A stretch of DNA of 64,000 nucleotides from contig CAZORP010000002.1 in assembly GCA_964582615.1 (NCBI GenBank), forward strand, positions 38,865 through 102,864. The letters are read 5' to 3'. Source of the DNA: an uncultured Gammaproteobacteria bacterium (GTDB lineage Bacteria; Patescibacteriota; Patescibacteriia; UBA9934). The notes beneath the pieces are model-generated. The model had not been told where the DNA came from and did no database searches. It worked only from the letters and a program-made list of their open reading frames with translations. Made by a program: the position numbers and the translations under genes. Shown here in pieces: positions 18,396 to 27,829 of this stretch; within the stretch, counting starts at the first letter, position 1; each line of letters opens with the position of its first letter.

Positions 18396-19280
18396 ATGCG
18401 ATTTGGAGCTCATGTTTCTGCGTCAGGTGGAGTTTGGAATGCACCCATTTCCGGAGGAAAGCTTGGATGTGAAGTTATTCAATTTTTCTCACGATCACCA
18501 CAATCTTTCTCCGCAAAACCACTCACCGAGGAAGACTGTGAAAAATTTTCACAAGCCATGCGTGCGGCAAGTATTCAGGATGCGTATATTCACGCACCGT
18601 ACATTATCAACTTAGCCTCAGGAAATCCAAGGGTAAGATTTGGCTCGATAGGCATCCTCAAAGAAGAGCTTGCTCGAGGAAGTTCCCTCGGAGCGCGTGC
18701 GGTAATGTTTCATCCAGGATCTGCAAAAGATGTTGGCGAGGAAGAAGGTAGACGCATGGTTGTTGATGGACTCAACCGCATTCTCGATGGCTATACAGGA
18801 AGCTGCCAACTTCTTCTTGAAATCTCCGCAGGAGCTGGAGCGGTTCTTGGAGATACTTTTGAAGACATCGCCGTATTTCTTCACGAGCCAGAACGTGGAA
18901 AAGATCTTGGCGTCTGCTTTGATACGCAACACGCCTTCGCGTCTGGATACGATCTGCGCACGCAAGAAAGCCTTACAGAGACATTTTCAACCTTCAACAA
19001 GCTCATTGGGCTTGATCGCCTCGTTGCGAGTCACTGTAACGACTCAAAGGTTGAGTTCGGCTCACATAAAGATCGACACGAGCACCTTGGTCATGGATTC
19101 CTTGGCAAAGAATCTTTTGAATACCTCGTTCGACATCCAAACATTCAGCACATTGACCTTATTCTTGAAACGCCTTTTGACGAAGAAGAGGGCGAGAGTG
19201 AAACTTCAACAGGAGATCACGGCTCTCGAGAGGAGGATCTTGAACTATTAAAACGATATCGAGAATCAAATGTTGCGTAA
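18396..19280 (+). CDS. nfo: Endonuclease IV (AP endonuclease, TIM barrel)
   Basis: MRFGAHVSASGG...HAPYIINLAS...HPGS; Nfo-type metal ligands. Confidence 0.9.
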   Translation: MRFGAHVSASGGVWNAPISGGKLGCEVIQFFSRSPQSFSAKPLTEEDCEKFSQAMRAASIQDAYIHAPYIINLASGNPRVRFGSIGILKEELARGSSLGARAVMFHPGSAKDVGEEEGRRMVVDGLNRILDGYTGSCQLLLEISAGAGAVLGDTFEDIAVFLHEPERGKDLGVCFDTQHAFASGYDLRTQESLTETFSTFNKLIGLDRLVASHCNDSKVEFGSHKDRHEHLGHGFLGKESFEYLVRHPNIQHIDLILETPFDEEEGESETSTGDHGSREEDLELLKRYRESNVA

Positions 19281-19282
19281 AT

Positions 19283-19504
19283 ATGCGCTTTGTTGTTCAT
19301 GTAAAGCCCGGATCTCACCATGATGCCGTTGAAGATCTTGGAAATAACACCTACAACGTTCGTCTTCGCGCTCGCGCGAAAGATGGCGAGGCAAATGACG
19401 CACTTCTTCAAGTGCTCGCACATCATTTTGCATGCGCGCCATCATGCCTGAAGCTTCTCAGAGGTAAGAAAAGTCGCGTAAAGCACCTGCTCCGCTCCAT
19501 ATGA
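19283..19504 (+). CDS. DUF167/YggU-family small protein
   Basis: 73 aa, VKPGS...NDALLQVLA pattern. Confidence 0.6.
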   Translation: MRFVVHVKPGSHHDAVEDLGNNTYNVRLRARAKDGEANDALLQVLAHHFACAPSCLKLLRGKKSRVKHLLRSI

Positions 19505-20367
19505 CAAACCTTGCCCAACTCAAAGAAGAAATTGCTCGCCTAGCATCACCTGAACAAGCAAAGAGATCTTTGGTCTTTTTTAAAACCGGACCGGGAGAAT
19601 ACGCCGAAGGCGACGCTTTTCTTGGCATCACCGTTCCAAAATTGCGAAAACTCGCACGAAAAGCAGATAGGCTCTCTTTGGACGACACCATCTTACTTCT
19701 TCAGTCTCCATGGCACGAGGAACGCTTCCTTGGAGTTCTTATACTCATGTTTCGCTATACACGAGGTTCAAAATCCGAACGAAGTCACATTCTCACCATG
19801 TATATCAACGAGCTGGGAAAGGGAATTAACAATTGGGATCTCGTGGACGTAAGCGCGGCGCATATTCTTGGAAATGCAGAACTCGGAACTGATCGACGTC
19901 TCATATACGCCTTAGCGCGCGAAGAAAATCTCTGGAAAAAACGTGCGGCGCTTATTGCGACACACGCCTTCATTCATCTGAATGACCTTACCGACAGCCT
20001 CATTCTCTGTGAAGTTTTCATTCGAGACCCTCGCGATCTCATGCGCAAGGCTTGCGGATGGACCCTGCGTGAGGTTGGAAAACGCGATATAAAGCTATTA
20101 AAAGCGTTTCTCCGAAAGCATTTTTACCATCTTCCAAGAGTCACTCTCCGATATGCTATCGAGCGCATGTCTAAAGACGAACGAGCTTCTTACATGTCTC
20201 GACCTAGGGTTCGTCGTGTCCGCCAGAAGCCCACGGATGACAACGACATATTCGCCAAATTCCCCGCATATATCCAGGCACCACACCATATTTCCTCACC
20301 GCCCGCACGGCGTACTCGGAACACGTCGGGTAAAAAGGGCAGTACCCATGAGGATATAGCACTTTAA
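19501..20367 (+). CDS. AlkD-like DNA alkylation repair glycosylase (HEAT-like repeats). Recognisable homology probably ends near 20200; the frame then stays open through the antisense strand of yidD.
   Basis: WHEERFLGVLIL, NNWDLVD and GWTLREVGKRD motifs typical of the AlkC/AlkD family. Confidence 0.6.
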   Translation: MTNLAQLKEEIARLASPEQAKRSLVFFKTGPGEYAEGDAFLGITVPKLRKLARKADRLSLDDTILLLQSPWHEERFLGVLILMFRYTRGSKSERSHILTMYINELGKGINNWDLVDVSAAHILGNAELGTDRRLIYALAREENLWKKRAALIATHAFIHLNDLTDSLILCEVFIRDPRDLMRKACGWTLREVGKRDIKLLKAFLRKHFYHLPRVTLRYAIERMSKDERASYMSRPRVRRVRQKPTDDNDIFAKFPAYIQAPHHISSPPARRTRNTSGKKGSTHEDIAL

Positions 20368-20443
20368 GCGGTCCGTGATCGTACGAGAGTGTTTTTTGAT
20401 AAAGAAGAATTGGCAAAACCGCAACTTCTCGAAAAATGTTCAT
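20204..20443 (-). CDS. yidD: Membrane protein insertion efficiency factor YidD
   Basis: 79 aa with the CPFYPTCSEYA signature; canonical position downstream of rnpA. Confidence 0.85.
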   Translation of the reverse strand: MNIFREVAVLPILLYQKTLSYDHGPLKVLYPHGYCPFYPTCSEYAVRAVRKYGVVPGYMRGIWRICRCHPWASGGHDEP

Positions 20444-20446
20444 ATC

Positions 20447-20785
20447 CTAGCGCAAGAGCCCCGCTTTAGACAGCACCCCAGCAAGACCTTCTCGTCGCTG
20501 TGCTTGCGTCATACTTTTCGCAGAAATACCCACAAGAAGCGCAATGTCGGCACATGCGAGCCTTGGTAAAAACTCCTTACATAGCTCTCGATATTGTCTA
20601 CGCAAATGATTTCTCACCACAGAACGCTTATCAACCTTCGTACTAACAACAATGACAAATCTTGGAACACCTTGTTCATGAACATGGTATTTAACACCGC
20701 AAACACGATCAAAAATCGTCTTCTTCGATCGTAGAAGACGGGTTATATCTTGCTCAGACCCAATTCGATGTTCACGAGAAAACAT
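20447..20785 (-). CDS. rnpA: RNase P protein component
   Basis: 112-aa basic protein; follows rpmH in the canonical order. Confidence 0.85.
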   Translation of the reverse strand: MFSREHRIGSEQDITRLLRSKKTIFDRVCGVKYHVHEQGVPRFVIVVSTKVDKRSVVRNHLRRQYRELCKEFLPRLACADIALLVGISAKSMTQAQRREGLAGVLSKAGLLR

Positions 20786-20829
20786 AGTATTATTGTATCA
20801 AAATACTCCGCTTTCGCGGAGTATTTTTT

Positions 20830-20982
20830 CTAACGAGGTCGCGCAGTAACCACAAGGCGCTTACGTCCTTTTGCACGGCGGCGTTTGAGAACATTGCGGC
20901 CGTCCTTGGTTTTCATGCGTGCTCGGAACCCATGAACCTTCGCGCGACGGCGTTTCTTGGGTTGATATGTACGCTTTGGCAT
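20830..20982 (-). CDS. rpmH: 50S ribosomal protein L34 (below the 60-aa cutoff of the ORF track)
   Basis: Hand translation of the minus strand gives [50 protein letters not shown]. Confidence 0.9.
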   Translation of the reverse strand: MPKRTYQPKKRRRAKVHGFRARMKTKDGRNVLKRRRAKGRKRLVVTARPR

Positions 20983-21094
20983 AAAAGTACACGTAGCATA
21001 CGCTTCACAGTCACCAATGTCAACTTATTGGCTTAAACTCGCGAACAAAAACGGAGCTTTGGGGTGAAGTTATAGGAAAAGAGAAAAAAACTTG

Positions 21095-21174
21095 TTATGC
21101 ACAAGTTATCCACAACCCCTGTGGAAAAGGGTAATTTTTAGCTAATCTTCGCAAGATTGTACCCTGTGGATAAA
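21095..21174. promoter_or_regulatory. DnaA-box cluster upstream of dnaA
   Basis: TTATGCACA, TTATCCACA and TGTGGATAA read directly from the sequence. Confidence 0.55.
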
Positions 21175-21231
21175 ATGGGTATTATCCTCGCAGTCATCTT
21201 TTATTCCCCCGCTAGAAAAAGGTTCTTCGAT

Positions 21232-22608
21232 ATGAATACTCACGAGCTTTGGGAGGCCGTCCTTGCAGAACTTGAACTAAAACTCAGTAGAGCAAATTTT
21301 ACCACATGGTTTAATAAGACCTTTATCGCCGAATACCACATGGGGGATGTGGTCATCGGAACGCCAAATACTATCAATGCGTCTTGGCTTGAAAAGCGCC
21401 ACCATAAAGACATCATTAATGCGATTGAAAATGTCACCAATCAGCCCGTAAGAAGCCTCGGTTATCGCGTTGAAACAAAAAGCACCGGTCCTCAACCGCT
21501 TGTTCTTGAGCAACAAAAAACCACACCTCAAGACCTTGGCTTTAGCACTGGTCCCGATATTCCACCACCATCAGGAAATATCGCCATCAATCCTCAACAA
21601 ACCTTTGGAACATTCGTGGTAGGAAAACAGAACGAACTCGCTCACGCGGCGGCACAAGCAGTTGCTTCGCATCCCGGAGGAACCTACAATCCTCTTTTTA
21701 TTTACGGAGGTGTCGGACTTGGAAAAACCCACCTTCTCCACGCAATCGCTAATGAAATCCGTCGAAAGTGGCAAAGTGCCCGCATTATGTATGTTACTTG
21801 TGAGCACTTCACAAATGATTTTATTCACTCCGTACGATCGGGAAAAGGAAAGGAGTTCAAAGATCGCTACCGCAACGTTGACCTTCTTCTTATTGATGAC
21901 ATTCAGTTCATTACAGGAAAAGAGGGGACTCAGGAGGAGTTTTTTCACACGTTTAATGCACTTCATCAAGACAACCGCCAGATCGTCATTTCTTCCGACA
22001 GGCCTCCGAAATCCATCGCGGGGCTCGAAAAACGCCTTCAGTCTCGCCTTGAGTGGGGAATGCTCGTTGACGTAGGAACTCCAGACCTCGAAACACGCAT
22101 CGCTATTCTTGAGAGAAAATGCTCAGAAAAACAAGCAAATCTTTCTTCGGACATCCTTCACTATATCGCAGGAAATATCGTTTCAAACATTCGTGAACTT
22201 GAAGGGGCTCTCAATAAAATCATCGCCGTACACGAATTTCGAAACATGCCACCAACACTCGAATCCATAAAGCCAATCATTGCGAGCTTCGAATCTGAAA
22301 ATATTAAAAAAACCGTTACACCAAAGCAGGTTATCAGCGTTGTCGCAGAATATTTCGATATCACCACTGATGATGTTCTTGGAAAAAGCCGCGAGAAACG
22401 CCTCGCTTTTCCTCGACAAATCATCATGTATCTTCTGCGAGAAGAGATGAGTTCCTCCTATCCAACCATTGGAGCCGAGCTTGGCGGCCGTGATCACACG
22501 ACCGCCATGCATGCCCATGGAAAGATTAAGGAGCTTCTCGAGGTTGGGGACGAGAAGCTTATCAAAGACCTCGAACTCATTCGCCAACGTCTTTACATGG
22601 GTGCTTAA
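21232..22608 (+). CDS. dnaA: Chromosomal replication initiator DnaA (start at MNTHELWEAVL)
   Basis: AAA+ Walker A GGVGLGKTHL, sensor motifs and a C-terminal DNA-binding domain. Confidence 0.95.
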   Translation: MNTHELWEAVLAELELKLSRANFTTWFNKTFIAEYHMGDVVIGTPNTINASWLEKRHHKDIINAIENVTNQPVRSLGYRVETKSTGPQPLVLEQQKTTPQDLGFSTGPDIPPPSGNIAINPQQTFGTFVVGKQNELAHAAAQAVASHPGGTYNPLFIYGGVGLGKTHLLHAIANEIRRKWQSARIMYVTCEHFTNDFIHSVRSGKGKEFKDRYRNVDLLLIDDIQFITGKEGTQEEFFHTFNALHQDNRQIVISSDRPPKSIAGLEKRLQSRLEWGMLVDVGTPDLETRIAILERKCSEKQANLSSDILHYIAGNIVSNIRELEGALNKIIAVHEFRNMPPTLESIKPIIASFESENIKKTVTPKQVISVVAEYFDITTDDVLGKSREKRLAFPRQIIMYLLREEMSSSYPTIGAELGGRDHTTAMHAHGKIKELLEVGDEKLIKDLELIRQRLYMGA

Positions 22609-22609
22609 C

Positions 22610-22920
22610 TTATCCACAACTTCATCCACATGTGGATAAAACGTTCGGTTTTTGTCGGTGTGGATAACGTCGGGATAAGTCTCTGGATAACTTGTGGGTA
22701 TGTCTGTGGGTATCTTGTGGATGAAGTGTGGAGAACTTTCACTGGGATTTCCCTTCGAAAAGGTTATCCCCATTCTCCACAGAGTTATCCCCCAAGGGTG
22801 TGGAAAACTTTTTTAAAAAATCCCTTTATTCCGTGGGTTTTTAAGAAGTTATCCCCGCTATCCACAAGCTTACTATTACTATCTTTATTTATAAATAATT
22901 AAAACCTGTTAGGCTAGGCA
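22610..22920. promoter_or_regulatory. Putative oriC: DnaA-box array plus AT-rich unwinding element between dnaA and dnaN
   Basis: At least six TTATCCACA/TGTGGATAA boxes and variants (22610, 22631, 22659, 22763, 22785, 22866), followed by ctatctttatttataaataattaaaac. Confidence 0.65.
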
Positions 22921-22954
22921 CAGCACTTTCCTTATCAACCATAAACCGTATTCT

Positions 22955-24088
22955 GTGAAATTTTCCTGTACAAAAGATAACTTCCACATCGGTCTTGCAC
23001 TTACAGGTCATTTAGGTGCAAAAAATGCCAACCTCCCGGTTCTTAACAATATCCTTCTCCAAGCAGAAGTTGGTGGAGTTCGTCTTACGGCAACAAACCT
23101 TGATATTACGGTCTCATGCACAATGCGAGCCAAGGTTGATCAAGCGGGATCCTACACACTTCCCGCAAAGCTTCTTACTGAATACGTTGGCCTTCTTCCG
23201 GATGACCGTGTAGATGTAGATCTGCTTGATACTTCCGTTTCTCTTCGTTCAGCGGGTTCGCGAACAAAAATGCACGGCCTTTCTGCGGCTGAATTTCCTG
23301 CAATTCCTCGAGTAAGTGGAGGTACGGTATATACCGTTGCAGCACAAAAATTTGACGAAGCTCTTGGGCAAACGCTTTTTGCAGTTTCAACAAGTGAAGC
23401 TCGACAGATTCTCACAGGAGCCTTTTTGCATTTTCACGGAGATACAAAGACGGTAACCGTCGCCGCTACGGATAGTTATCGCCTTGGCGAAAAGAGCGCC
23501 CCGCTTGTCAGTGAAACACTTGGTGAGCGAAAGGTTGTCGTTCCCGCTCGAACACTTTCTGAAGTTCGAAGAATTCTCAGTGTGCTTCGTGGAAGTTCTG
23601 AACCCGTTGAGACGATTGATGTTGAACTTACGGAAAATCAAATAGCATTTCGTTGTGGAACGGTTGAACTTTCTTCAAGAACAATTGATGGCGTCTATCC
23701 AGACTATCGTCAAATTATTCCAAAGACATTTACCACGGAGCTTGTTGTTGAGAGGGGTGCGCTGATTCAGGCGGTAAAGCGTACGGCGCTTTTTGCGAAA
23801 AATGGACTCTTTGATGTTCGCTTTGAAGTGGTTCCTGATGAGAAAATTCTTCGTCTTACAGCAAATGATGTTGGTCGTGGAGAAAATGAAGTGACTATTC
23901 CCGCGGAGATTGTGGGAAATGCAAACGCGGTGACACTCAATTTCCGTTATCTCCTTGATGGTGCGCTGGCAATTGGTTCAGAATCTTTGCGTATAAAGAT
24001 GATCGATGCAATGAATCCTTGTATTCTTCTTCCGCAGGGTCAGGAAAAGGCTGAGTACTTCTATATCGTCATGCCAATTCGACAGTAG
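22955..24088 (+). CDS. dnaN: DNA polymerase III beta sliding clamp
   Basis: 377 aa with the three-domain clamp pattern; MKFSCTKDNF N-terminus. Confidence 0.9.
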   Translation: MKFSCTKDNFHIGLALTGHLGAKNANLPVLNNILLQAEVGGVRLTATNLDITVSCTMRAKVDQAGSYTLPAKLLTEYVGLLPDDRVDVDLLDTSVSLRSAGSRTKMHGLSAAEFPAIPRVSGGTVYTVAAQKFDEALGQTLFAVSTSEARQILTGAFLHFHGDTKTVTVAATDSYRLGEKSAPLVSETLGERKVVVPARTLSEVRRILSVLRGSSEPVETIDVELTENQIAFRCGTVELSSRTIDGVYPDYRQIIPKTFTTELVVERGALIQAVKRTALFAKNGLFDVRFEVVPDEKILRLTANDVGRGENEVTIPAEIVGNANAVTLNFRYLLDGALAIGSESLRIKMIDAMNPCILLPQGQEKAEYFYIVMPIRQ

Positions 24089-24090
24089 GT

Positions 24091-24627
24091 TTACTTTTCG
24101 TAGTAAATTTCAATAGCAACAGATTTTTTGACGCCAAACTGGCGAGCTTCTTGGTAATGCTCCATCCAAATGTCGACACGTTGCGTGTAGCGTGCATTCA
24201 TGCGGTCCTCGACGATAAAAACTTCATCACCAAAGAGCTCGGGAATTTTGATATATGTTCCAAGTGGCACGAAATTTGCCGCAACAATTCCCCTGCGGGT
24301 CGTTGATCCCATGGCGGTAATAAAAGGCGTGTCGTCGGTTTGGTTGGGGAGTGAATTGTAGGCGGTCATGGCCACATGCATGACTCTATCAGGACCTCCC
24401 TTAAGATTATTTTTTGGCAAGCGACCAAAAGATGCGGTGGAATTTTTTTGTGCGTCGGTAAGGAGGGATAGTGCCGCATGTTTTGAAGTGTCTTCGGAAA
24501 GAAGTGGGGAAGCGCTTGCGACATTTCCAAGGAGCGATCCTCCGGTAATGCAGACCGCAAGTGCAAGAAGAGCGAAGTAATTTTTGGTAACCGTGAAAGC
24601 TTTTTCCAAAAAATGTTCGTTTTTCAT
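24091..24627 (-). CDS. Secreted 3D-domain (MltA-like cell-wall binding) protein
   Basis: Signal peptide and C-terminal 3D-domain pattern TAYNSLPNQTDDTPFITAMG...IVEDRMNARY. Confidence 0.6.
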   Translation of the reverse strand: MKNEHFLEKAFTVTKNYFALLALAVCITGGSLLGNVASASPLLSEDTSKHAALSLLTDAQKNSTASFGRLPKNNLKGGPDRVMHVAMTAYNSLPNQTDDTPFITAMGSTTRRGIVAANFVPLGTYIKIPELFGDEVFIVEDRMNARYTQRVDIWMEHYQEARQFGVKKSVAIEIYYEK

Positions 24628-24751
24628 AACGAATAAGTATAGCGTAAAATACCCTTTTTGTCAAGGATAAAATGCTAAAATTTGGCTAATTTTAGCCAAA
24701 AATAGATCACATTTCTTTTTTCGTTTTTTCGGGGTATGATGGATTCACTGT

Positions 24752-27649
24752 ATGTATCGCTACGCTCAGGGAAGAACCCCTCAACGCCAACTTTCACTTC
24801 GCGCATTTCGTCGATGGTTTTCTAAAATCGACAAAAAAGCCCTGACGCTTTTTCTTGGACTACTCACCCTTGCTGGAGTGTTTCTTGGGGGAATCGTTCT
24901 TCTTGGAGTTTTTGCTTGGTATTCTCGCGATCTTCCTGATCCTCAACAGCTTATTGATCGTACGGTTGCGCAGGCGACCAAGATTTACGATCGTACGGGA
25001 AAACACCTTCTTTATGAGATTTACGGCGATGAAAATCGCACGATTGTTCATCTTCAACAAGGAATATGTGACCCTCAAGATCCAGAGCTTACAACCGACA
25101 CAGAGGGAATACCACTTATTCTTTCTCAGGCGGTTATTGCGGCCGAGGATAGATCTTTTTGCACGCACCACGGATTTAGCATTAAGGGTCTTTTGCGTGC
25201 GGTGATTTTCATGGGTGACCGTGGGGGAGGATCGACACTTACACAGCAGTTGGTAAAAAACGCACTGCTATCAAACGAACATAGGATTTCTCGAAAAATC
25301 AAGGAGCTCATGGTTTCTCTTGCGCTTGAGAGAAAATACTCAAAAGACCAGATACTTCAAATCTACTTTAATGAAATAGGATACGGATCGGTGTATTACG
25401 GCGTTCAATCAGCCGCTGAAAATTTTTACGGAAAAAAAGTAAACGAACTTACGCTTGCTGAGGCGGCAACGCTTGCGGGAATTCCTCAGCGACCAACGAC
25501 ATTTATTAATAATCCAGATCTTCTTAAAGAGCGTCGGGACTGGATTCTTTCAAGCATGGCGGAACTTGGGTATATTTCCGAAGAAGCCGCACGCGCGGCA
25601 CAGGCTGAATCAACACCGATTCACCTTAAGAGCGATGCATCGTTTGTCGCGCCGCACTTTGTCATGTGGGTTCGCGCGATGCTCGAGGAGCAGTTTGGAA
25701 CGAGTGCCTTGGAAACGGGTGGCTTGAAGGTCATCACAACGCTTGACTATGATAAGCAGGTGATCGCTGAAACCGCAGTTAAGGATGGCGTTGAGGCTCG
25801 TGGTGAGACGTATCAGTTCTCAAATGCAGGACTTCTCGCGCAAGATCCAAGAACGGGTGAGATTCTCGCTATGGTTGGATCCCCTGATTTTAGTAATGAC
25901 GCCATTGATGGACAGGTTAACGTCACCCTGCAGAAACTTCAGCCGGGATCGAGTATTAAGCCGATTATTTATACCGCCGCGTTTGAGCGAGGTTTTACGC
26001 CAAACACGGTTCTTTGGGATGTAAAAACGGAATTCGTGACAGAAACTGCCCCTTACATTCCCCTTAACTACGACGAAAAAGAGCATGGACTTATTTCATT
26101 GCGCGATGCACTGCAGGGGTCTCTTAACATTCCCGCAGTAAAGGTGTTGGCGTTGGTTGGTATTGATGATGCAATAGCTTTTGCGCAACGTCTTGGATAT
26201 ACCACGTTTACTGATCGTTCCCGCATAGGTCTTTCCATGGTTCTTGGCGGAGCTGAGGTGACGATGCTTGATCATATTGGTGGATACAGCACGTTTGCGT
26301 CAGGTGGTGTTCGTCGCCATCCTCAGGCTCTTCTGAGAGTTGAAGACGCTCAAGGCAATGAACTTTTCGCACTGAAAGACAAAGATACCGCGGGGGAGAA
26401 GGTTCTTGATGAGCATATTACCGCAATGATTTCCAATGTGCTCTCAGATAATGCGGCCCGTGCCTATGTATTTGGACCAAATAATTATCTTGTACTGAGC
26501 GATAGACCAGTTGCCGCAAAGACAGGAACGACAAATAACTATAAAGACGCTTGGACGGTTGGTTACACACCCTCGCTTACTGCGGCGGTGTGGGTTGGAA
26601 ACGCATCCGGCGCGCTTATGAGCAAGGGTGCTGATGGATCGAAGATTGCCGCGCCAATATGGAATGCTTTCATGAAAGAGTCGCTTGCAGGGACTCCGGC
26701 TGAAGCCTTCCCTGATCCTCAGATACCAGAGACTGGAAAATCAATTCTTGATGGAAAGCTTCAGACGACAAACGTTACCATTGATAAGGCCTCCGGAAAG
26801 CTTGCGACAGACCTCACGCCAGAATCGTTTAAAGAAACACTCGCATGTGGAGAGTTTAAGACAATTCTTGCGTACATCGACCCTAAAAATCCCCTTGGAG
26901 ATCCTCCCGAGCACCCAGAAGAGCACGAGCAATATGCCGCTTGGGAACATGGTATTGAGGACTATATTGCCCGTCACAACGCAGAACTGAAGCCTGGTGA
27001 GGCTCCCCTGACAACATGCACGCCTCCCACGGAAGAGGATGACGTCCATACAAAAAGAAATGAGCCAATGGTGAAGATTCTTAGTCCTCAGAAGGGGGAT
27101 ACTATTGGTGAAGTTCTGACGGTTTCGTACCAAGGTGAGGTTCGAAGAACTTTCCAGAGAACAGAGTTTCTTTTAGATGGAGTTTACCTTGGTCAATCAG
27201 CATCGCTTGATAGCGCAACGCTTGAAATTCCTTCATGGGTGACGCAAGGTGAGCATACACTCTCGGTTCGTGTTTATGATGACGTTGATAATGTTGGTGA
27301 AGCTTTGGTAAAAATCTCGATTGAAAGGTCTTCATCTTTTGATGGTCCTCGTGTAACAAATCCTTTTCCCGATCAGGTTATTCAAAGAACAGATGATTTT
27401 CATGCGTACACGATTGCTGTAGAACTTCCTCATCCTGAGGAATATACGTCACTTACTGTGCGTGCACGTCATGCGCAGACAGGAGAAGAGGTTATTCTTG
27501 GATCATACATATCGCCAAACGCAATACTCTCAGTATCTTGGGAGCTCCCACAGAATGCTGGAACGTATATTCTTTCTGCGGATGCAATCTCTTCAAAAAA
27601 TGGAGAGGCGGTACATGCAAAGCCTGTTGCGGTTACAGTTCGTAAATAA
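24752..27649 (+). CDS. Class A penicillin-binding protein (GT51 glycosyltransferase plus transpeptidase) with a long C-terminal extension
   Basis: GT51 motifs AAEDRSFCTHHGFS and GGSTLTQQLVKN; transpeptidase motifs SSIKP and KTGT. Confidence 0.9.
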   Translation: MYRYAQGRTPQRQLSLRAFRRWFSKIDKKALTLFLGLLTLAGVFLGGIVLLGVFAWYSRDLPDPQQLIDRTVAQATKIYDRTGKHLLYEIYGDENRTIVHLQQGICDPQDPELTTDTEGIPLILSQAVIAAEDRSFCTHHGFSIKGLLRAVIFMGDRGGGSTLTQQLVKNALLSNEHRISRKIKELMVSLALERKYSKDQILQIYFNEIGYGSVYYGVQSAAENFYGKKVNELTLAEAATLAGIPQRPTTFINNPDLLKERRDWILSSMAELGYISEEAARAAQAESTPIHLKSDASFVAPHFVMWVRAMLEEQFGTSALETGGLKVITTLDYDKQVIAETAVKDGVEARGETYQFSNAGLLAQDPRTGEILAMVGSPDFSNDAIDGQVNVTLQKLQPGSSIKPIIYTAAFERGFTPNTVLWDVKTEFVTETAPYIPLNYDEKEHGLISLRDALQGSLNIPAVKVLALVGIDDAIAFAQRLGYTTFTDRSRIGLSMVLGGAEVTMLDHIGGYSTFASGGVRRHPQALLRVEDAQGNELFALKDKDTAGEKVLDEHITAMISNVLSDNAARAYVFGPNNYLVLSDRPVAAKTGTTNNYKDAWTVGYTPSLTAAVWVGNASGALMSKGADGSKIAAPIWNAFMKESLAGTPAEAFPDPQIPETGKSILDGKLQTTNVTIDKASGKLATDLTPESFKETLACGEFKTILAYIDPKNPLGDPPEHPEEHEQYAAWEHGIEDYIARHNAELKPGEAPLTTCTPPTEEDDVHTKRNEPMVKILSPQKGDTIGEVLTVSYQGEVRRTFQRTEFLLDGVYLGQSASLDSATLEIPSWVTQGEHTLSVRVYDDVDNVGEALVKISIERSSSFDGPRVTNPFPDQVIQRTDDFHAYTIAVELPHPEEYTSLTVRARHAQTGEEVILGSYISPNAILSVSWELPQNAGTYILSADAISSKNGEAVHAKPVAVTVRK

Positions 27650-27678
27650 AAAATCTCCTCAGATGAGGAGATTTTTTG
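27648..27678 (+). terminator. Rho-independent terminator after the PBP gene
   Basis: TCTCCTC-agat-GAGGAGA plus TTTTTT. Confidence 0.6.
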
Positions 27679-27753
27679 GAGGCCACAGCCGGGCTTGAAC
27701 CGGCGAATAGCGGTTTTGCAGACCGCCGCGTTAACCAACTTCGCCATATGGCC
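27677..27753 (-). tRNA. tRNA-Cys (anticodon GCA), CCA encoded
   Basis: Reverse complement reads GGCCATA-TG-GCGA-AGTTGGTTA-ACGC-G-GCGGT-CTGCAAA-ACCGC-TATTC-GCCGG-TTCAAGC-CCGGC-TGTGGCC-T-CCA. Confidence 0.85.
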
Positions 27754-27829
27754 GAACCAAAAGGAGTGTAGCAAATTCTTTTTTTTCCGTAAAGAAAAAA
27801 GTGAACGAGTATTTGCTATACTCAAGAAC

